Below are positions 1-10,202 of a stretch of DNA of 53,127 nt, in pieces; position 1 is the stretch's first letter; every line of letters starts with the position of its first letter. The notes beneath the pieces are model-generated. The model worked only from the letters and a program-made list of their open reading frames with translations. It did not search any database and was not told the DNA's origin. The DNA comes from Thermoplasmata archaeon (GTDB lineage Archaea > Thermoplasmatota > Thermoplasmata > Lutacidiplasmatales > UBA184): contig JBGOSQ010000003.1 of the NCBI GenBank assembly GCA_041476045.1, positions 1 to 53,127 on the forward strand, read 5' to 3'. Position numbers and translations under genes: made by a program.

Positions 1-2510
1 AACGCGAGCTTGATGCGCTGGGCCTCGCCACCGGAGAGCGTCGTCGCGCTCTGCCCCAGGTGGATGTAGCCGAGCCCGACCTCGGAGAGCAATCGAAGGC
101 GTCCCTCGATCCGCCGGTGGTTGAGGAAGAACTGGAGCGCCTCGTCGACCGTCATGTCGAGGACGTCGGCGATCGACTTCCCCTTGAACGTCACCGAGAG
201 GGTCTCGGCGTTGAAGCGGCGACTATGGCACTCCTCGCATGCGACGTAGACGTCGGGGAGGAAGTGCATCTCGTACCGGATGACGCCGTCCCCCTCGCAC
301 GCCTCGCAGCGCCCGCCGCGGACGTTGAAGCTGAAACGGCCCGGCCCGAACCCGCGCGACTTCGCCTCCGGCAGCGAGGCGAACAGCTCCCGGATCGGGG
401 TCATGAGCCCCGTGTACGTCGCGGGGTTCGAACGCGGGGTCCGTCCGATCGGCGACTGGTCGATCAGCAGGACGCGATCGATCAGATCGATCCCCTCGAT
501 GTAGTCGTGCTTGCCGGGGATCTCCTTCCCCAGCCCGAGGTGGCGTCGGACCGCCTTGTAGAGGATCTCCTGGAGGAACGTCGACTTCCCGCTACCGGAG
601 ACGCCGGAGAGCGCTGTGAGCGTGCCCAACGGGATCCGGATCGCGTCGCCCTTCAGGTTGTTCTCCTTCGGGCCGTGGACCGTGAGCCACCGCTCGCCGG
701 ACGGACGACGCGAGGCGGGGACCGGGATCGACCGGCGACCGGAGAGGAACTCGCCGGTGATCGAGCGCGGCGCCCGGACGATGTCCTTCGGCGGACCGTT
801 GTAGAGCACCTCGCCCCCATGCACGCCCGCGCCGGGTCCGAGATCGACGATCCAGTCGGAGGCACGCATCGTCATCTCGTCGTGCTCGACGACGAGGAGC
901 GTGTTGCCGAGGTCCCGCAGCGTCTTCAGGGTCGCGAGGAGCCGTTCGTGGTCGCGCGGATGGAGCCCGATCGACGGCTCGTCGAGGATGTAGAGCACGC
1001 CCACCAGGCCGGAGCCGATCTGCGTCGCGAGCGCGATCCGCTCCGCCTCACCGCCGCTCAGCGTCGCGGACGCTCGGTCGAGCGTCAGGTAGGTGAGGCC
1101 GACGTTGCGCAGGAACCCGAAGCGGGCGCGGATCTCTTTGACGACCTGGCCCACGATCTGCTGGTCGTGCTCGTTGAGCTCGAGGCCGTCGAAGAGGGCG
1201 GCACCGTTCTCGACGCTCATCGCGCTCACCTCCGCGATCGAGTGGCCGAGGACCGTGACGGCGAGGCTCGCCGGTTTCAACCGGCGGCCCTCGCACGAGC
1301 GGCACGGCGTGAAGGTCATGAAGCCCATGTAGTATTCCTTGAGCCCCTCGGTCTTTGCCGCCTTCCACCGCCGTTCGACGGCCGCGGCGAGGCCCTCGCG
1401 CAGCCACCCGCCGCCCCACCAGTGGTGGTCCCAGTGGCCGGACCGGCCGAGCGGTTTGTCCGAGCCGTAGAACATCGCGTTCCATCCCTTCTCCGAGAGC
1501 AGGGAGATCGGCTTGTCCGGATCGTACCCGAACTGCGCACCGAACCGCTCGAGCGCCTCGCGTTCCGGGGTGAGGCCCCAGACCGAGATCGCCTTCCCCA
1601 CCGGTTTGGACTTGTCGGGGGCGATCAGGTTCGGATCGGCGTGCAGCGTGGCGCCGATCCCGAGGCACTCCGGACACGCGCCAAAGGGACTGTTGAACGA
1701 GAACATCCTCGGCGTGAGCTCCTCGATCGAGAAGCCGCAGACCGGGCACGCGCGGGAGCTCGAGAACGTCTCGCGCGCCCCGCCGGGGCGCCGGAACGTG
1801 ACCAGTCCTTCGGAGAGGGATCGCGCGAGCTCGACCGCCTCGGTGAGCCGCGTCGTCTCCTCGTCGCTGACGAGGAGCGTGTCGACGACGACCTCGATCG
1901 TGTGCTTCTTCGCCTTCTCGAGCTTGACCTCGGCGGACGGGAGCCGGACCTCGACGCCGTCCACGACGAAGCGCCGGAACCCCTGCCTCTTCAATCGATC
2001 GAGCACGTCGCGATGCTCGCCCTTCTTCCCGCGGAGCACCGGCGCGATGATGTCCGTCTTCTCGCCGTGCGCCCGGGTCGCGATCGACTCGACGATGCGA
2101 TCGACGGTCTGGGGCGCGATCTCGTGCCCGTCGTTCGGGCAGTGCGGGATCCCGATCCGCGCGTAGAGGAGCCGAAGGTAGTCGTGGATCTCGGTGACCG
2201 TCCCCACCGTAGAACGCGGGTTGCGGCTCCCGGCCCTCTGCTCGATCGCGATCGCGGGCGAGAGCCCCTCGATCGTGTCGACGTCCGGCTTGTCCATCTG
2301 ACCGAGGAACTGACGGGCGTAGGAGGACAGGCTCTCGATGTAGCGACGCTGGCCCTCGGCGTAGAGGGTGTCGAACGCGAGCGAGGACTTTCCCGATCCG
2401 CTCACCCCCGTGATGACGATGAACCGGCCCCGGGGCAGGTCGAGAGAGACGTTCTTCAGGTTGTGCTGCCGCGCGCCGCGGATGCGAATCGAGTTGGAAG
2501 GATCGGCCAA
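1..2510 (-). CDS. uvrA: Excinuclease ABC subunit A, 3' end truncated by window edge
   Basis: Manual translation from TTG at 2510: MADPSNSIRIRGARQHNLKNVSLDLPRGRFIVITGVSGSGKSSLAFDTLYAEGQRRY. The window edge reads LGQSATTLSGGEAQRIKLA (second ABC signature). Absent from the ORF track because there is no stop in the window. Confidence 0.97.
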   Translation of the reverse strand, partial: MADPSNSIRIRGARQHNLKNVSLDLPRGRFIVITGVSGSGKSSLAFDTLYAEGQRRYIESLSSYARQFLGQMDKPDVDTIEGLSPAIAIEQRAGSRNPRSTVGTVTEIHDYLRLLYARIGIPHCPNDGHEIAPQTVDRIVESIATRAHGEKTDIIAPVLRGKKGEHRDVLDRLKRQGFRRFVVDGVEVRLPSAEVKLEKAKKHTIEVVVDTLLVSDEETTRLTEAVELARSLSEGLVTFRRPGGARETFSSSRACPVCGFSIEELTPRMFSFNSPFGACPECLGIGATLHADPNLIAPDKSKPVGKAISVWGLTPEREALERFGAQFGYDPDKPISLLSEKGWNAMFYGSDKPLGRSGHWDHHWWGGGWLREGLAAAVERRWKAAKTEGLKEYYMGFMTFTPCRSCEGRRLKPASLAVTVLGHSIAEVSAMSVENGAALFDGLELNEHDQQIVGQVVKEIRARFGFLRNVGLTYLTLDRASATLSGGEAERIALATQIGSGLVGVLYILDEPSIGLHPRDHERLLATLKTLRDLGNTLLVVEHDEMTMRASDWIVDLGPGAGVHGGEVLYNGPPKDIVRAPRSITGEFLSGRRSIPVPASRRPSGERWLTVHGPKENNLKGDAIRIPLGTLTALSGVSGSGKSTFLQEILYKAVRRHLGLGKEIPGKHDYIEGIDLIDRVLLIDQSPIGRTPRSNPATYTGLMTPIRELFASLPEAKSRGFGPGRFSFNVRGGRCEACEGDGVIRYEMHFLPDVYVACEECHSRRFNAETLSVTFKGKSIADVLDMTVDEALQFFLNHRRIEGRLRLLSEVGLGYIHLGQSATTLSGGEAQRIKLA

Positions 2511-2527
2511 CGTCGGTACCTCGTCGG

Positions 2528-3253
2528 TCAGGGAGGGAGCAGCGAGCGGACCGTCTCTTCCAGCCGCCGAAGGACGTGATCCTGCAGCCGGGCGCCGAGC
2601 TCGGCCGTAGCGGGGCGCGTGTCGCCCATCACGCTCTCGGGCCACTCCTCCGCGCTCGGAGCCCCCGGGACGAACGGCGAACGGGAGTGCGGCACGTTCG
2701 GCCGCGCGCTCCCGACCGACCCCGGGGCGAGCGCGAGGACGCGCGAGGTCTCGAGGAGACCCGCGTGTCCGTCGGTGGCCGGGGCGAGCTCGCCGCGGAG
2801 CTCGTAGACGAAATCGTAGTCCGACAGGACCACGATCTTCGTCGCGGGGTGGGACTGCATCGACGCGTCGGCGGCCTCCCGGAGTGCCGCCATGTGACCC
2901 CGCTCGGCGTGGCCGGAGATCACCAGCAACCGTCGGACGCCCATGCGGGCGTACTCGTCGAGCACGCCGCGGGAATACCGTTCCAGATCGGCCATCGGGA
3001 CCGAGACCGTTCCGGGGAAGTTGCGCGCCGACGGGCACGCACCGTAGGAGATCGTCGGCCCGACAAGTCCGCCGATCCGCTCGGCCAGCGCGTTCGCCGT
3101 CGCCTCGGCCTGGATCTGGTCGGCGCCGAGCGGGAGGTGCGGGCCGTGGGCCTCCAGCGCTCCGACGGGAAGGATCACGACGGGGCCGTCGCGCAGCCGC
3201 CGCTCAAAGGTGCGCGAGTCCAGGTCGAGAAGTCGCCGGGAACCGGTGGCCAC
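2528..3253 (-). CDS. Creatininase/creatinine amidohydrolase family protein
   Basis: LPVGALEAHGPHLPLGAD and DGHAGLLETS motifs. Confidence 0.88.
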   Translation of the reverse strand: MATGSRRLLDLDSRTFERRLRDGPVVILPVGALEAHGPHLPLGADQIQAEATANALAERIGGLVGPTISYGACPSARNFPGTVSVPMADLERYSRGVLDEYARMGVRRLLVISGHAERGHMAALREAADASMQSHPATKIVVLSDYDFVYELRGELAPATDGHAGLLETSRVLALAPGSVGSARPNVPHSRSPFVPGAPSAEEWPESVMGDTRPATAELGARLQDHVLRRLEETVRSLLPP

Positions 3254-3367
3254 GGCGTTGGGACCGTTGGTGCGTATTTAACACGGGGCGGAAGGTGACG
3301 AAACACGCCGAGCGGGGCGCTCAACTCTTAGGCGTCCGGAGGCTTGCTCCGAGATTCGGCCGAGGCC

Positions 3368-5872
3368 CTAGGCCGGGTCGTCCGATGCGGGCGGAGGATC
3401 TGCGGGCACCGCTTCCACTGGCGCCGCCGCTCGTCGTTTCCGCGGCGCCTTCGGGACCGTGACCTCCCCCGAAGCGGGCGTCGGGACCTCGGGAGCCTTC
3501 TTGATCCTCTTGCGCGGGGTCTTCGCGCCGGTATCCGCGCGCCGCGCCGGGGCCTTCTTCGCCGTCGCGGCTGCGGCGTCCTTGGCCTTCTTGGCCTCGG
3601 TCCTCGTCGGGCAGGACGGGTTGATGCAGAGCGTCCACGGCGGCCGCCCCGCTTCGATGGCCGTCACGACGGGGGCGCGGCAGGTGGGGCACGGGGGCTG
3701 GTCTTTCTCGAGCTTTCCGCGCTGGGGGAGCGGGTAGGTGACGCGGCACGTCGGGTAGCCCGAGCAGCCGACGAACCGCTTGCCGAGGAACGAGTAGCGG
3801 ATCTGGAGCGGCGATCCGTCCGATGGACAGATGCCGATCCGGAACGCCTTGTGGTTCTCCGGGCACTCTGGGTTGATGCAGTAGAGGTCGGGCCGCTGGC
3901 CGCGGAAAATGATCTTGACGCGCGGGACGTGGCACTGCGGACAGAGGAACTCCGGGGCGGGCTCGATGAACCCGGCGGCCGGCAGGGCGTAGTTCGCGGT
4001 GCACGTCGCCGGGTTGTTGACGCACTGGACCCAACGCGCGCCGCGGGGGCTCCGCGCCATGGCGAGCGCGCCGCCGCACTTGGCACAGGGGCCGATGAAG
4101 TGTTGCGCGTCGAGGGCGCCGGTGAGCGTCTTCCGCACGCCCTCCGAGTTCTTCGCGAGCAGGTCGTAGGCGGCGCGCAGCATGTCCCGCGATTCGAGGA
4201 GCACCTCCTCCTTGGGCTTCTTGGATTCGGCGACGAGCTCCATGTCCTCCTCGAGACGGTGGGTCATCTCCGGCCGGGTGATCACCGGCGCGTGTGCCTT
4301 GAGCGCCTCCGTCACCGCGATCCCGGTTCCGGTCGGCTCGAGGTACCGCTGGTTGACGTAGTGGCGGTCGAAGAGCTTCTGGAGCACATCGTGGCGCGTG
4401 CTCTTCGTGCCGAGCCCGAGGCGCTCCATCTCCTGGATGAGCGAGCCCTGCGTGAACCGGCGCGGGGGCTTGGTCTGGTCCTCGGCGAGACGGACCTCAT
4501 CGATCTCGACCTTCTCGCCGACGGTGAGTACGGGGAACGGTACCTCCTCCGGGTGCGAGTACGGGTACACTCGGTACCATCCGGCCTCGGTGAGGATCTG
4601 TCCCTTTCCCTCGAACGGCTGGCCCGCGAGGTCGAACTTCGCCTTCCGGGAGATCCCGGTCGAGTCGGGCGCGACGGTCGCGAGGAACCGGCGCACGACG
4701 AGCTCGTAGATCTTCGCGTGGTCCGGGCGGAGCTTCTTCGGGTCGACGATGCCGGTGGGGTAGATCGGCGGATGGTCCGTCGTCTCGCTCCGGCCGCGTG
4801 TCGCCCGGAACGAAGGTTGCGTGAGGACGTACTCCACGGCGTCGGCGAACGGACCGTCCTTGAACTTCTCGACGAGCGCACGGAGGCCGAGTCCCTTCGG
4901 GTAGACCGTGTTGTCCGTCCGCGGGTAGCTGATCAGGCCCTGCGTGTAGAGGTCCTCGGCGATCCGCATCACGGTCGCGGCTCCGAGGCCGAGACGGGTA
5001 CCCTCGGCGACGAAGAGCGTCGTGCTGAACGGGATCGGCGGCCTCCGTCGGGTCTCCTCCTGGACGAACTCGGCGATGTTCGCCTGCTTGGCCGCGCGGA
5101 CCTTCGCGAAGACGGCCTCCGCCTCCGGCTTGTCCTCGTATATCCCGTGCGCGTGGAGAAGACGGAACTTGTCGTCGCCGTGGTGGGCGTCGGCCTCGAT
5201 CTGCCAGAACGGGGTCGGCTCGAACTCCTTGATCGCCTGGTCGCGCTCGACCAGCAGCGCGAGCGTCGGGGTCTGCACGCGGCCCACGGAAAGGAATCCG
5301 CGCCCACGCTGCCCCGCGGTCAGCGAGAGGTAGCGTGTGAGGAGGGCTCCCCAGACCAGGTCGATCTCCTGCCGCGCGGCCGCCGCGGCGGCGAGCGCGT
5401 GATCGACGTGCTGGAGGTTCTCGAAGCTCCGCTCGATCTCATCGCGGGTGAGGGCGCTGTACCGGGCCCGGACCACCTCGATCGTCGGGTGGACCTTCTG
5501 GAGGAGCTCCAGGCATTCGAGCCCAATGAGCTCGCCTTCCCGGTCGAAGTCGGTCGCGATGATGACCCGGTCGAACTCGCGGACGATGCTCTGGAGGGCC
5601 TCGACGATCCCGGCCTCGGTGACCCGCTTGAGCGGCGGGGTCTCGAGGAGCTTCGGGAGGCCCACCAGTGTCCACTCGGCGAGCTCCGGGGGGTAGTCGA
5701 GCTCGACAATGTGGCCGCGAAGCCCGACGACGGCGTACTCGCCGTCCGGGCGCTCGAACCGGAAGACGTTCGTCCCCGCAACGCGGGAGCGCTTCATCCG
5801 TCCGTCGGAGAGCACGACGGCGATGCGCAGCGCAGTGTTGAACTTCTCCGCGACGACGAGGGACTTCTTCAC
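3368..5872 (-). CDS. topA: DNA topoisomerase I (type IA) with C-terminal Zn ribbons and basic tail
   Basis: VAEK, ATDFDREGE, GRVQTPTL, ISYPRTD catalytic Tyr, GLGTKSTR, repeated CxxC ribbons. Confidence 0.97.
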   Translation of the reverse strand: MKKSLVVAEKFNTALRIAVVLSDGRMKRSRVAGTNVFRFERPDGEYAVVGLRGHIVELDYPPELAEWTLVGLPKLLETPPLKRVTEAGIVEALQSIVREFDRVIIATDFDREGELIGLECLELLQKVHPTIEVVRARYSALTRDEIERSFENLQHVDHALAAAAAARQEIDLVWGALLTRYLSLTAGQRGRGFLSVGRVQTPTLALLVERDQAIKEFEPTPFWQIEADAHHGDDKFRLLHAHGIYEDKPEAEAVFAKVRAAKQANIAEFVQEETRRRPPIPFSTTLFVAEGTRLGLGAATVMRIAEDLYTQGLISYPRTDNTVYPKGLGLRALVEKFKDGPFADAVEYVLTQPSFRATRGRSETTDHPPIYPTGIVDPKKLRPDHAKIYELVVRRFLATVAPDSTGISRKAKFDLAGQPFEGKGQILTEAGWYRVYPYSHPEEVPFPVLTVGEKVEIDEVRLAEDQTKPPRRFTQGSLIQEMERLGLGTKSTRHDVLQKLFDRHYVNQRYLEPTGTGIAVTEALKAHAPVITRPEMTHRLEEDMELVAESKKPKEEVLLESRDMLRAAYDLLAKNSEGVRKTLTGALDAQHFIGPCAKCGGALAMARSPRGARWVQCVNNPATCTANYALPAAGFIEPAPEFLCPQCHVPRVKIIFRGQRPDLYCINPECPENHKAFRIGICPSDGSPLQIRYSFLGKRFVGCSGYPTCRVTYPLPQRGKLEKDQPPCPTCRAPVVTAIEAGRPPWTLCINPSCPTRTEAKKAKDAAAATAKKAPARRADTGAKTPRKRIKKAPEVPTPASGEVTVPKAPRKRRAAAPVEAVPADPPPASDDPA

Positions 5873-6098
5873 CTGACCCGTCGAGAGGCCGTCGGGTCCA
5901 GATAAACTCGAGGGCGATCCGGTCGGCGGTGGGCGTTCTGAACGTGGGCGCGCGCGTCCGACCGGGACCCGGCGTCGCCGTCGGGGCGGGGGACGGAACC
6001 GGTCCGCCCCGCCGCCGCTCCGGGGATCCCGTCACCTCGCCCGTGGGGCGCGCACCGATGGCGCGCGACCGCGAGCGACGGCCCGGTCAGCCCAGCCC

Positions 6099-6106
6099 CT
6101 TTATAC
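6099..6106 (+). promoter_or_regulatory. TATA box of tRNA-Phe
   Basis: CTTTATAC about 25 nt upstream of the tRNA 5' end in a GC-rich background. Confidence 0.7.
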
Positions 6107-6130
6107 CGGGAGCGAGTCGGCCGGACCGGT

Positions 6131-6204
6131 GCCGCGGTAACTCAGTTTGGGAGAGTGCAAGACTGAAGATCTTGAAGCCGCCGGTTCAAGCCCGGCCCGC
6201 GGCA
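6131..6204 (+). tRNA. tRNA-Phe(GAA), intronless, CCA not encoded
   Basis: Acceptor GCCGCGG/CCGCGGC-A, D arm ACTC/GAGT, anticodon arm CAAGA-CTGAAGA-TCTTG, T arm GCCGG-TTCAAGC-CCGGC. Confidence 0.97.
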
Positions 6205-6228
6205 CTCCTCCCTCTCGCGCTCGCCTGA

Positions 6229-8208
6229 TCATCGGCCTCCGAGGTCGGCGCGGAGCCGGGCGATCGCCTCCCGGATCTCGTCGACCGACGCGCCGTCCTC
6301 GAGCGTCGTGACGTCGCCGATGTCGGCGCGCCCGTCGGCGACGGCCTTGACGACGCGCCGCATGATCTTGCCGCTCCGCGTCTTGGGGAGGCTCCGGACG
6401 ATGTGGACCTCCTCGGGCCGCGCGATCTTCCCGATGCGCGCGACGACCTGGTCGGCGATGCCGTCGGCGAACGCGCGGTCGACGTGCTGGCCGCGCTTCA
6501 CGACCACGAACGCGACGGGGACCTCGCCCTTCACCGCGTCCTCGCGGCCGCAGACGGCGGCCTCGGCGACGCCGGGGTAGGTCAGGATCGCGTCCTCGAT
6601 CTCGATCGTCCCGAGCCGGTGCCCGGCCACCTTCAGGACCTCATCGGCGCGTCCGAGGAACCAGAAGTACCCGTCGGGATCGCGCACCGCAAAGTCGCCG
6701 GCGTAGTAGACGCCCGGGAACCGGGTCCAGTACGCCGCACGGTACCGCTCCTCCTCGCCGTAGAGCCCGAGCAGCATTCCCGGCCACGGGCGGTAGATCA
6801 CGGCGAATCCCTTCTCCCCGGGAGCGGCGGGCCGACCGTTCTCGTCCACGACGTCGGCGTCGATGCCCGGCAATGGGTACGTCGCCGAGCCCGGCTTCAT
6901 CGGGACGGACCCGAGCCCGGGTGCCCCGGAGATCATGATCCCGCCGCTCTCGGTCTGCCACCACGTGTCGACGATCGGACAGCGCCCTCGGCCCACCACG
7001 CGGTAGTACCACTCCCAGACCACCGGGTTGATCGCCTCGCCGACGGTCCCGAGCAGGCGCAGCGAGGAGAGGTCGTGGGCGGTGACGGATTCATCGCCGT
7101 GCCTCCGGAGGCCGCGGAGAGCGGTGGGAGATGTGTAGAGCACGTTGACGCGGTAGCGTTCGATCATCTCCCAGAGCCGGTCGGGCTTGGGGTGGTCGAA
7201 GACCCCCTCGTAGAGGAGGCTCGTCATCCCGTTCGCGAGCGGTCCGAAGACGATGTAGCTGTGGCCGGTGACCCAGCCGATGTCAGCGGCGCACCAGTAG
7301 ACCTCGCCCGGTCGGGGATCGAAGACCCAGCGGGTCGTCGCGGCGACGTGGACCAGGTACCCGCCGGTTCCGTGCGCGATCGCTTTGGGATGTCCCGTCG
7401 TTCCGGAGGAGTACAGCAGAAAGAGCAGGTGGTCCGATGGCAGCGCGACGGGCTCGGCGGAACCGGGTCCGGTCGCAACGAACTCCGACCATCGATGATC
7501 GCGACCCGCGACCATCGGTACCGCCTCCCCGGTGCGCTCGACGACGAGCACGGTGTCGACGACGGGCGCTTCGCGCACCGCCTCGTCGGCGATCGCCTTG
7601 AGGGGGACCAAACCCCCGCGTCGGTATCCGCCGTCCGCCGTGACGAGGAGTCGCGTACCGAGCCGACGCATCCGCTCGGCGAGGGCCGGCGCGCTGAACC
7701 CGCTGAACACGACGGTGAAGGGGATGCCGAGCCGGGCCAGGGCGAGCATCGTGATCGGAAGCTCGGGGACCATCGGGAGATAGATGGCGGCGAAATCCTT
7801 CTTCGAGAAACCGGCGTCCTGGAGCGCGCCCGCGAGCCGGTTGACCTCGCGGTGGAGCTGCTGGTAGGAGAGCGAGCGCGTGGCGCCGTCCTCGCCTTCC
7901 CAGTAGAACGCGATCTGGTTCTGCGTCGGCGTCCCCAGGTGCCGGTCGAGGCAGTTCTCCGAGACGTTGAGGCGCCCGTCGGGGAACCACCGTGCGTGGG
8001 GCGGCTCCCAGTCCAGGACGCGCGTGAACGGCCGTCGCCACGTGACACAATCGCGCGCGATCGGCTCCCAGAAGCGCTCCAGGTCCTTCATCGAGTCGCG
8101 GTGGAGCGACCGGAGCCGATCGGTGGGCCAGTGCCGCTCCTCGAAGGGGAGGTGCCCGGTGTCCTTCCCGCCGCTCGGACGGGGATCGGGCGGGGGATCC
8201 TCCGTCAC
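6229..8208 (-). CDS. acs: Acetyl-CoA synthetase (AMP-forming)
   Basis: YSSGTTGHPK, ADIGWVTGHSY, DTWWQTE, LPKTRSGKIMRR. Confidence 0.95.
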   Translation of the reverse strand: MTEDPPPDPRPSGGKDTGHLPFEERHWPTDRLRSLHRDSMKDLERFWEPIARDCVTWRRPFTRVLDWEPPHARWFPDGRLNVSENCLDRHLGTPTQNQIAFYWEGEDGATRSLSYQQLHREVNRLAGALQDAGFSKKDFAAIYLPMVPELPITMLALARLGIPFTVVFSGFSAPALAERMRRLGTRLLVTADGGYRRGGLVPLKAIADEAVREAPVVDTVLVVERTGEAVPMVAGRDHRWSEFVATGPGSAEPVALPSDHLLFLLYSSGTTGHPKAIAHGTGGYLVHVAATTRWVFDPRPGEVYWCAADIGWVTGHSYIVFGPLANGMTSLLYEGVFDHPKPDRLWEMIERYRVNVLYTSPTALRGLRRHGDESVTAHDLSSLRLLGTVGEAINPVVWEWYYRVVGRGRCPIVDTWWQTESGGIMISGAPGLGSVPMKPGSATYPLPGIDADVVDENGRPAAPGEKGFAVIYRPWPGMLLGLYGEEERYRAAYWTRFPGVYYAGDFAVRDPDGYFWFLGRADEVLKVAGHRLGTIEIEDAILTYPGVAEAAVCGREDAVKGEVPVAFVVVKRGQHVDRAFADGIADQVVARIGKIARPEEVHIVRSLPKTRSGKIMRRVVKAVADGRADIGDVTTLEDGASVDEIREAIARLRADLGGR

Positions 8209-8226
8209 GATCGGACCTCGCCCGGT

Positions 8227-8778
8227 CTATCGCGGCTTCTTCGCGGGCGCCGCCGCGCGCGACGGAACGAACCAGACGTCGGTGATCGAGTACCGCGGCT
8301 TCGGATCGAACCGTGCCTCGACCGGCATCCCGATGTAGAGCCCGGACTCAACAGCGTCCTTCAACCGGACGAGCAGGAGGCTCCCCGCCCCGTCGAACTC
8401 GACGAGAGCGAGATTGTACGGCGTCTCCTTGAGGAACGCCTCGCTCCCGAAATGGCACGTCGTCCAGGAGTGGATCCGCCCGCGCGGGGGAAGATCGGTC
8501 CACTCGGTCGCGTGGCCGCAGACCATGCAGTGGCTACGCGGGGTCGCGTAGACGAACTGGCACGGGGCGTGCGTGCACTTCGATCCGCGGATCCTTCCCT
8601 CGGCGAGCCCGAGGAAGAACGGCGAGTCCTCGGCGTAGCTGTGGATGTAGTTGATCGAGTACGGACTGTGGACGACGAGGCTCTCCACTCCCTCCGCATC
8701 GCGGAAGATGGCCGATCCGCTCCGGCCGAGCTCCGCCTGGACCTCGCGGAACTTCGTGAACGACTTCGGTTTCCCCAT
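8227..8778 (-). CDS. DUF35-type Zn-ribbon/OB-fold protein (thiolase partner)
   Basis: Real start ATG 8778 (MGKPKSF). GSKCTHAPC...HCMVCG ribbon followed by GRIHSWTT...PYNLALVEF OB fold; lies 2 nt after the thiolase-like gene. Confidence 0.9.
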   Translation of the reverse strand: MGKPKSFTKFREVQAELGRSGSAIFRDAEGVESLVVHSPYSINYIHSYAEDSPFFLGLAEGRIRGSKCTHAPCQFVYATPRSHCMVCGHATEWTDLPPRGRIHSWTTCHFGSEAFLKETPYNLALVEFDGAGSLLLVRLKDAVESGLYIGMPVEARFDPKPRYSITDVWFVPSRAAAPAKKPR

Positions 8779-8780
8779 TC

Positions 8781-10202
8781 TCAGAACCCCCGCTCGAGGA
8801 TCGAGACCGTGACCGCGGAGCCCGTTCCCGCGTGGCTGTGGATCGCGCCGCGTCGCGCGTTCGGGATCTGGAGCGTCGGGTCCCGGAAGTGCCGGCCGAT
8901 CGTTCCCTGGAGCTGCCAGTAGGCGAAGACCGCCTGCATGAGCCCGGTCGCACCGACCGGGTGGCCGCACGCGATGAGACCGCCGGACGGGTTCACCGGG
9001 ATCTCGCCGGCCCTCGGCGTCGGGAATCCGTAATCCACCTTGGGCAGGAACGGGGCCCCGGACTCGACGAAGTCGTACCCCTCGCCGTACCGGCAGAGCG
9101 CGAGGTCCTCGTAGGTCTGGATCTCGCTCGACGCGTAGGCGTCGTGGAGCTCGATGAACGAGAGCTCCTTCTTGGGATCCGTGATACCGGCCATCCGGTA
9201 CGCCTCCAGGCCGGCCGCTCGGCCGGCCCGGAAGGAGTGAACGCCGGGGTACGGGAGGTCGGGGTAGTCGGTTGCCGACTCGTTGGGCGCGAGCGGGACC
9301 TTCCCGAAGGGGCGGTCCGCGAGCCGCATCGTATCGGTCCCCGTCCCGACCCCGGTCACCTCGACGGGCCGGTCGGTGAACTCCTTCGCGGTCTCCTCCG
9401 AGCACAGGACCGCGACGGCGGCGCCGTCGCTCATCGTGCAGATCTGCTCGCGGGTGAGCGGATAGGAGATCATCTGCGAGTTCAGCACGTCCGCCACGGT
9501 GAGCCGTTTCGGATACTGGGCGTACGGATTGTGGAGCGCGTTCAAGTGGTTCTTCACCGAGACCATGCTCATGATCCGGCTCCCCTCGGCGATCGCCTGC
9601 CGCTGCGCCTCCCGCTCGTCCTTGACGCGGGCGAACTTCGTCCTCCGGATGTACTCGTAGATGTGGCGCTGGACCATGAGGGCGTAGTAGCCGGTGTAGA
9701 ACCCTCCGAGCGGGAAATCGTAGTTCGTGTCCGAGGCGAGGGCGATGAACTCGTTGCCCTTCCACGTCTCCACGCGGCTCATCGTCTCGTAACCGGCCGC
9801 GAGGCAGACGTCCATTCGACCGCTCGCGACGGCCTCGAACGCGGCCTGGAAGCACTCGCCGCCCGTGGCCCCGCCCCACTCGATGCGGACGGAGCCCTTC
9901 GGGTTGAGGCCGAGGTAGTCGTGGACCATGCTCGCCGCCTTGAGCTGGCGGGAGAAGTGGTCGGAGAAGTAGGAGATGCGGCTGCCCTCGATCCGGTCGG
10001 CGGTCAGGTTCGTCGCGTCCTGGAGCGCGTAGTCGTACGCGCGCTTGACCATGAGCCGGAAGTCCATCGCGGGATGGGCTTTCGCGAACTTCGTGACCCC
10101 GCCGGTCACCATGAACACGCGGCGGCTGGGTCGGTGGCGCACCGGCGGGGGCAGCGCGGCCACGCCCTCGGGCTCTTTCCTGGACTTTCCGCGAGTGGGC
10201 AA
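8781..10202 (-). CDS. Thiolase-like (SCP-x type) protein lacking the canonical nucleophilic Cys
   Basis: IELHDAY, NPSGGLIACGHPVGATG, MSDGAA. Start estimated at TTG 10202 after GAGGGA. Confidence 0.88.
   Translation of the reverse strand: MPTRGKSRKEPEGVAALPPPVRHRPSRRVFMVTGGVTKFAKAHPAMDFRLMVKRAYDYALQDATNLTADRIEGSRISYFSDHFSRQLKAASMVHDYLGLNPKGSVRIEWGGATGGECFQAAFEAVASGRMDVCLAAGYETMSRVETWKGNEFIALASDTNYDFPLGGFYTGYYALMVQRHIYEYIRRTKFARVKDEREAQRQAIAEGSRIMSMVSVKNHLNALHNPYAQYPKRLTVADVLNSQMISYPLTREQICTMSDGAAVAVLCSEETAKEFTDRPVEVTGVGTGTDTMRLADRPFGKVPLAPNESATDYPDLPYPGVHSFRAGRAAGLEAYRMAGITDPKKELSFIELHDAYASSEIQTYEDLALCRYGEGYDFVESGAPFLPKVDYGFPTPRAGEIPVNPSGGLIACGHPVGATGLMQAVFAYWQLQGTIGRHFRDPTLQIPNARRGAIHSHAGTGSAVTVSILERGF

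Noticed and set aside
1400-1445. Trp/His-rich stretch GHWDHHWWGGGW in UvrA
   Set aside because: Falls in the variable insertion domain; nothing else supports a separate function
60-2579. 839-aa plus-strand ORF and similar long antisense ORFs (3344-5905, 6403-8922, 13311-15056, 50776-52884)
   Set aside because: Shadow frames of real minus/plus genes caused by high GC3; no recognisable motifs
6131-6230. tRNA as a possible integration site
   Set aside because: No integrase and no duplicated tRNA 3' end seen in the window
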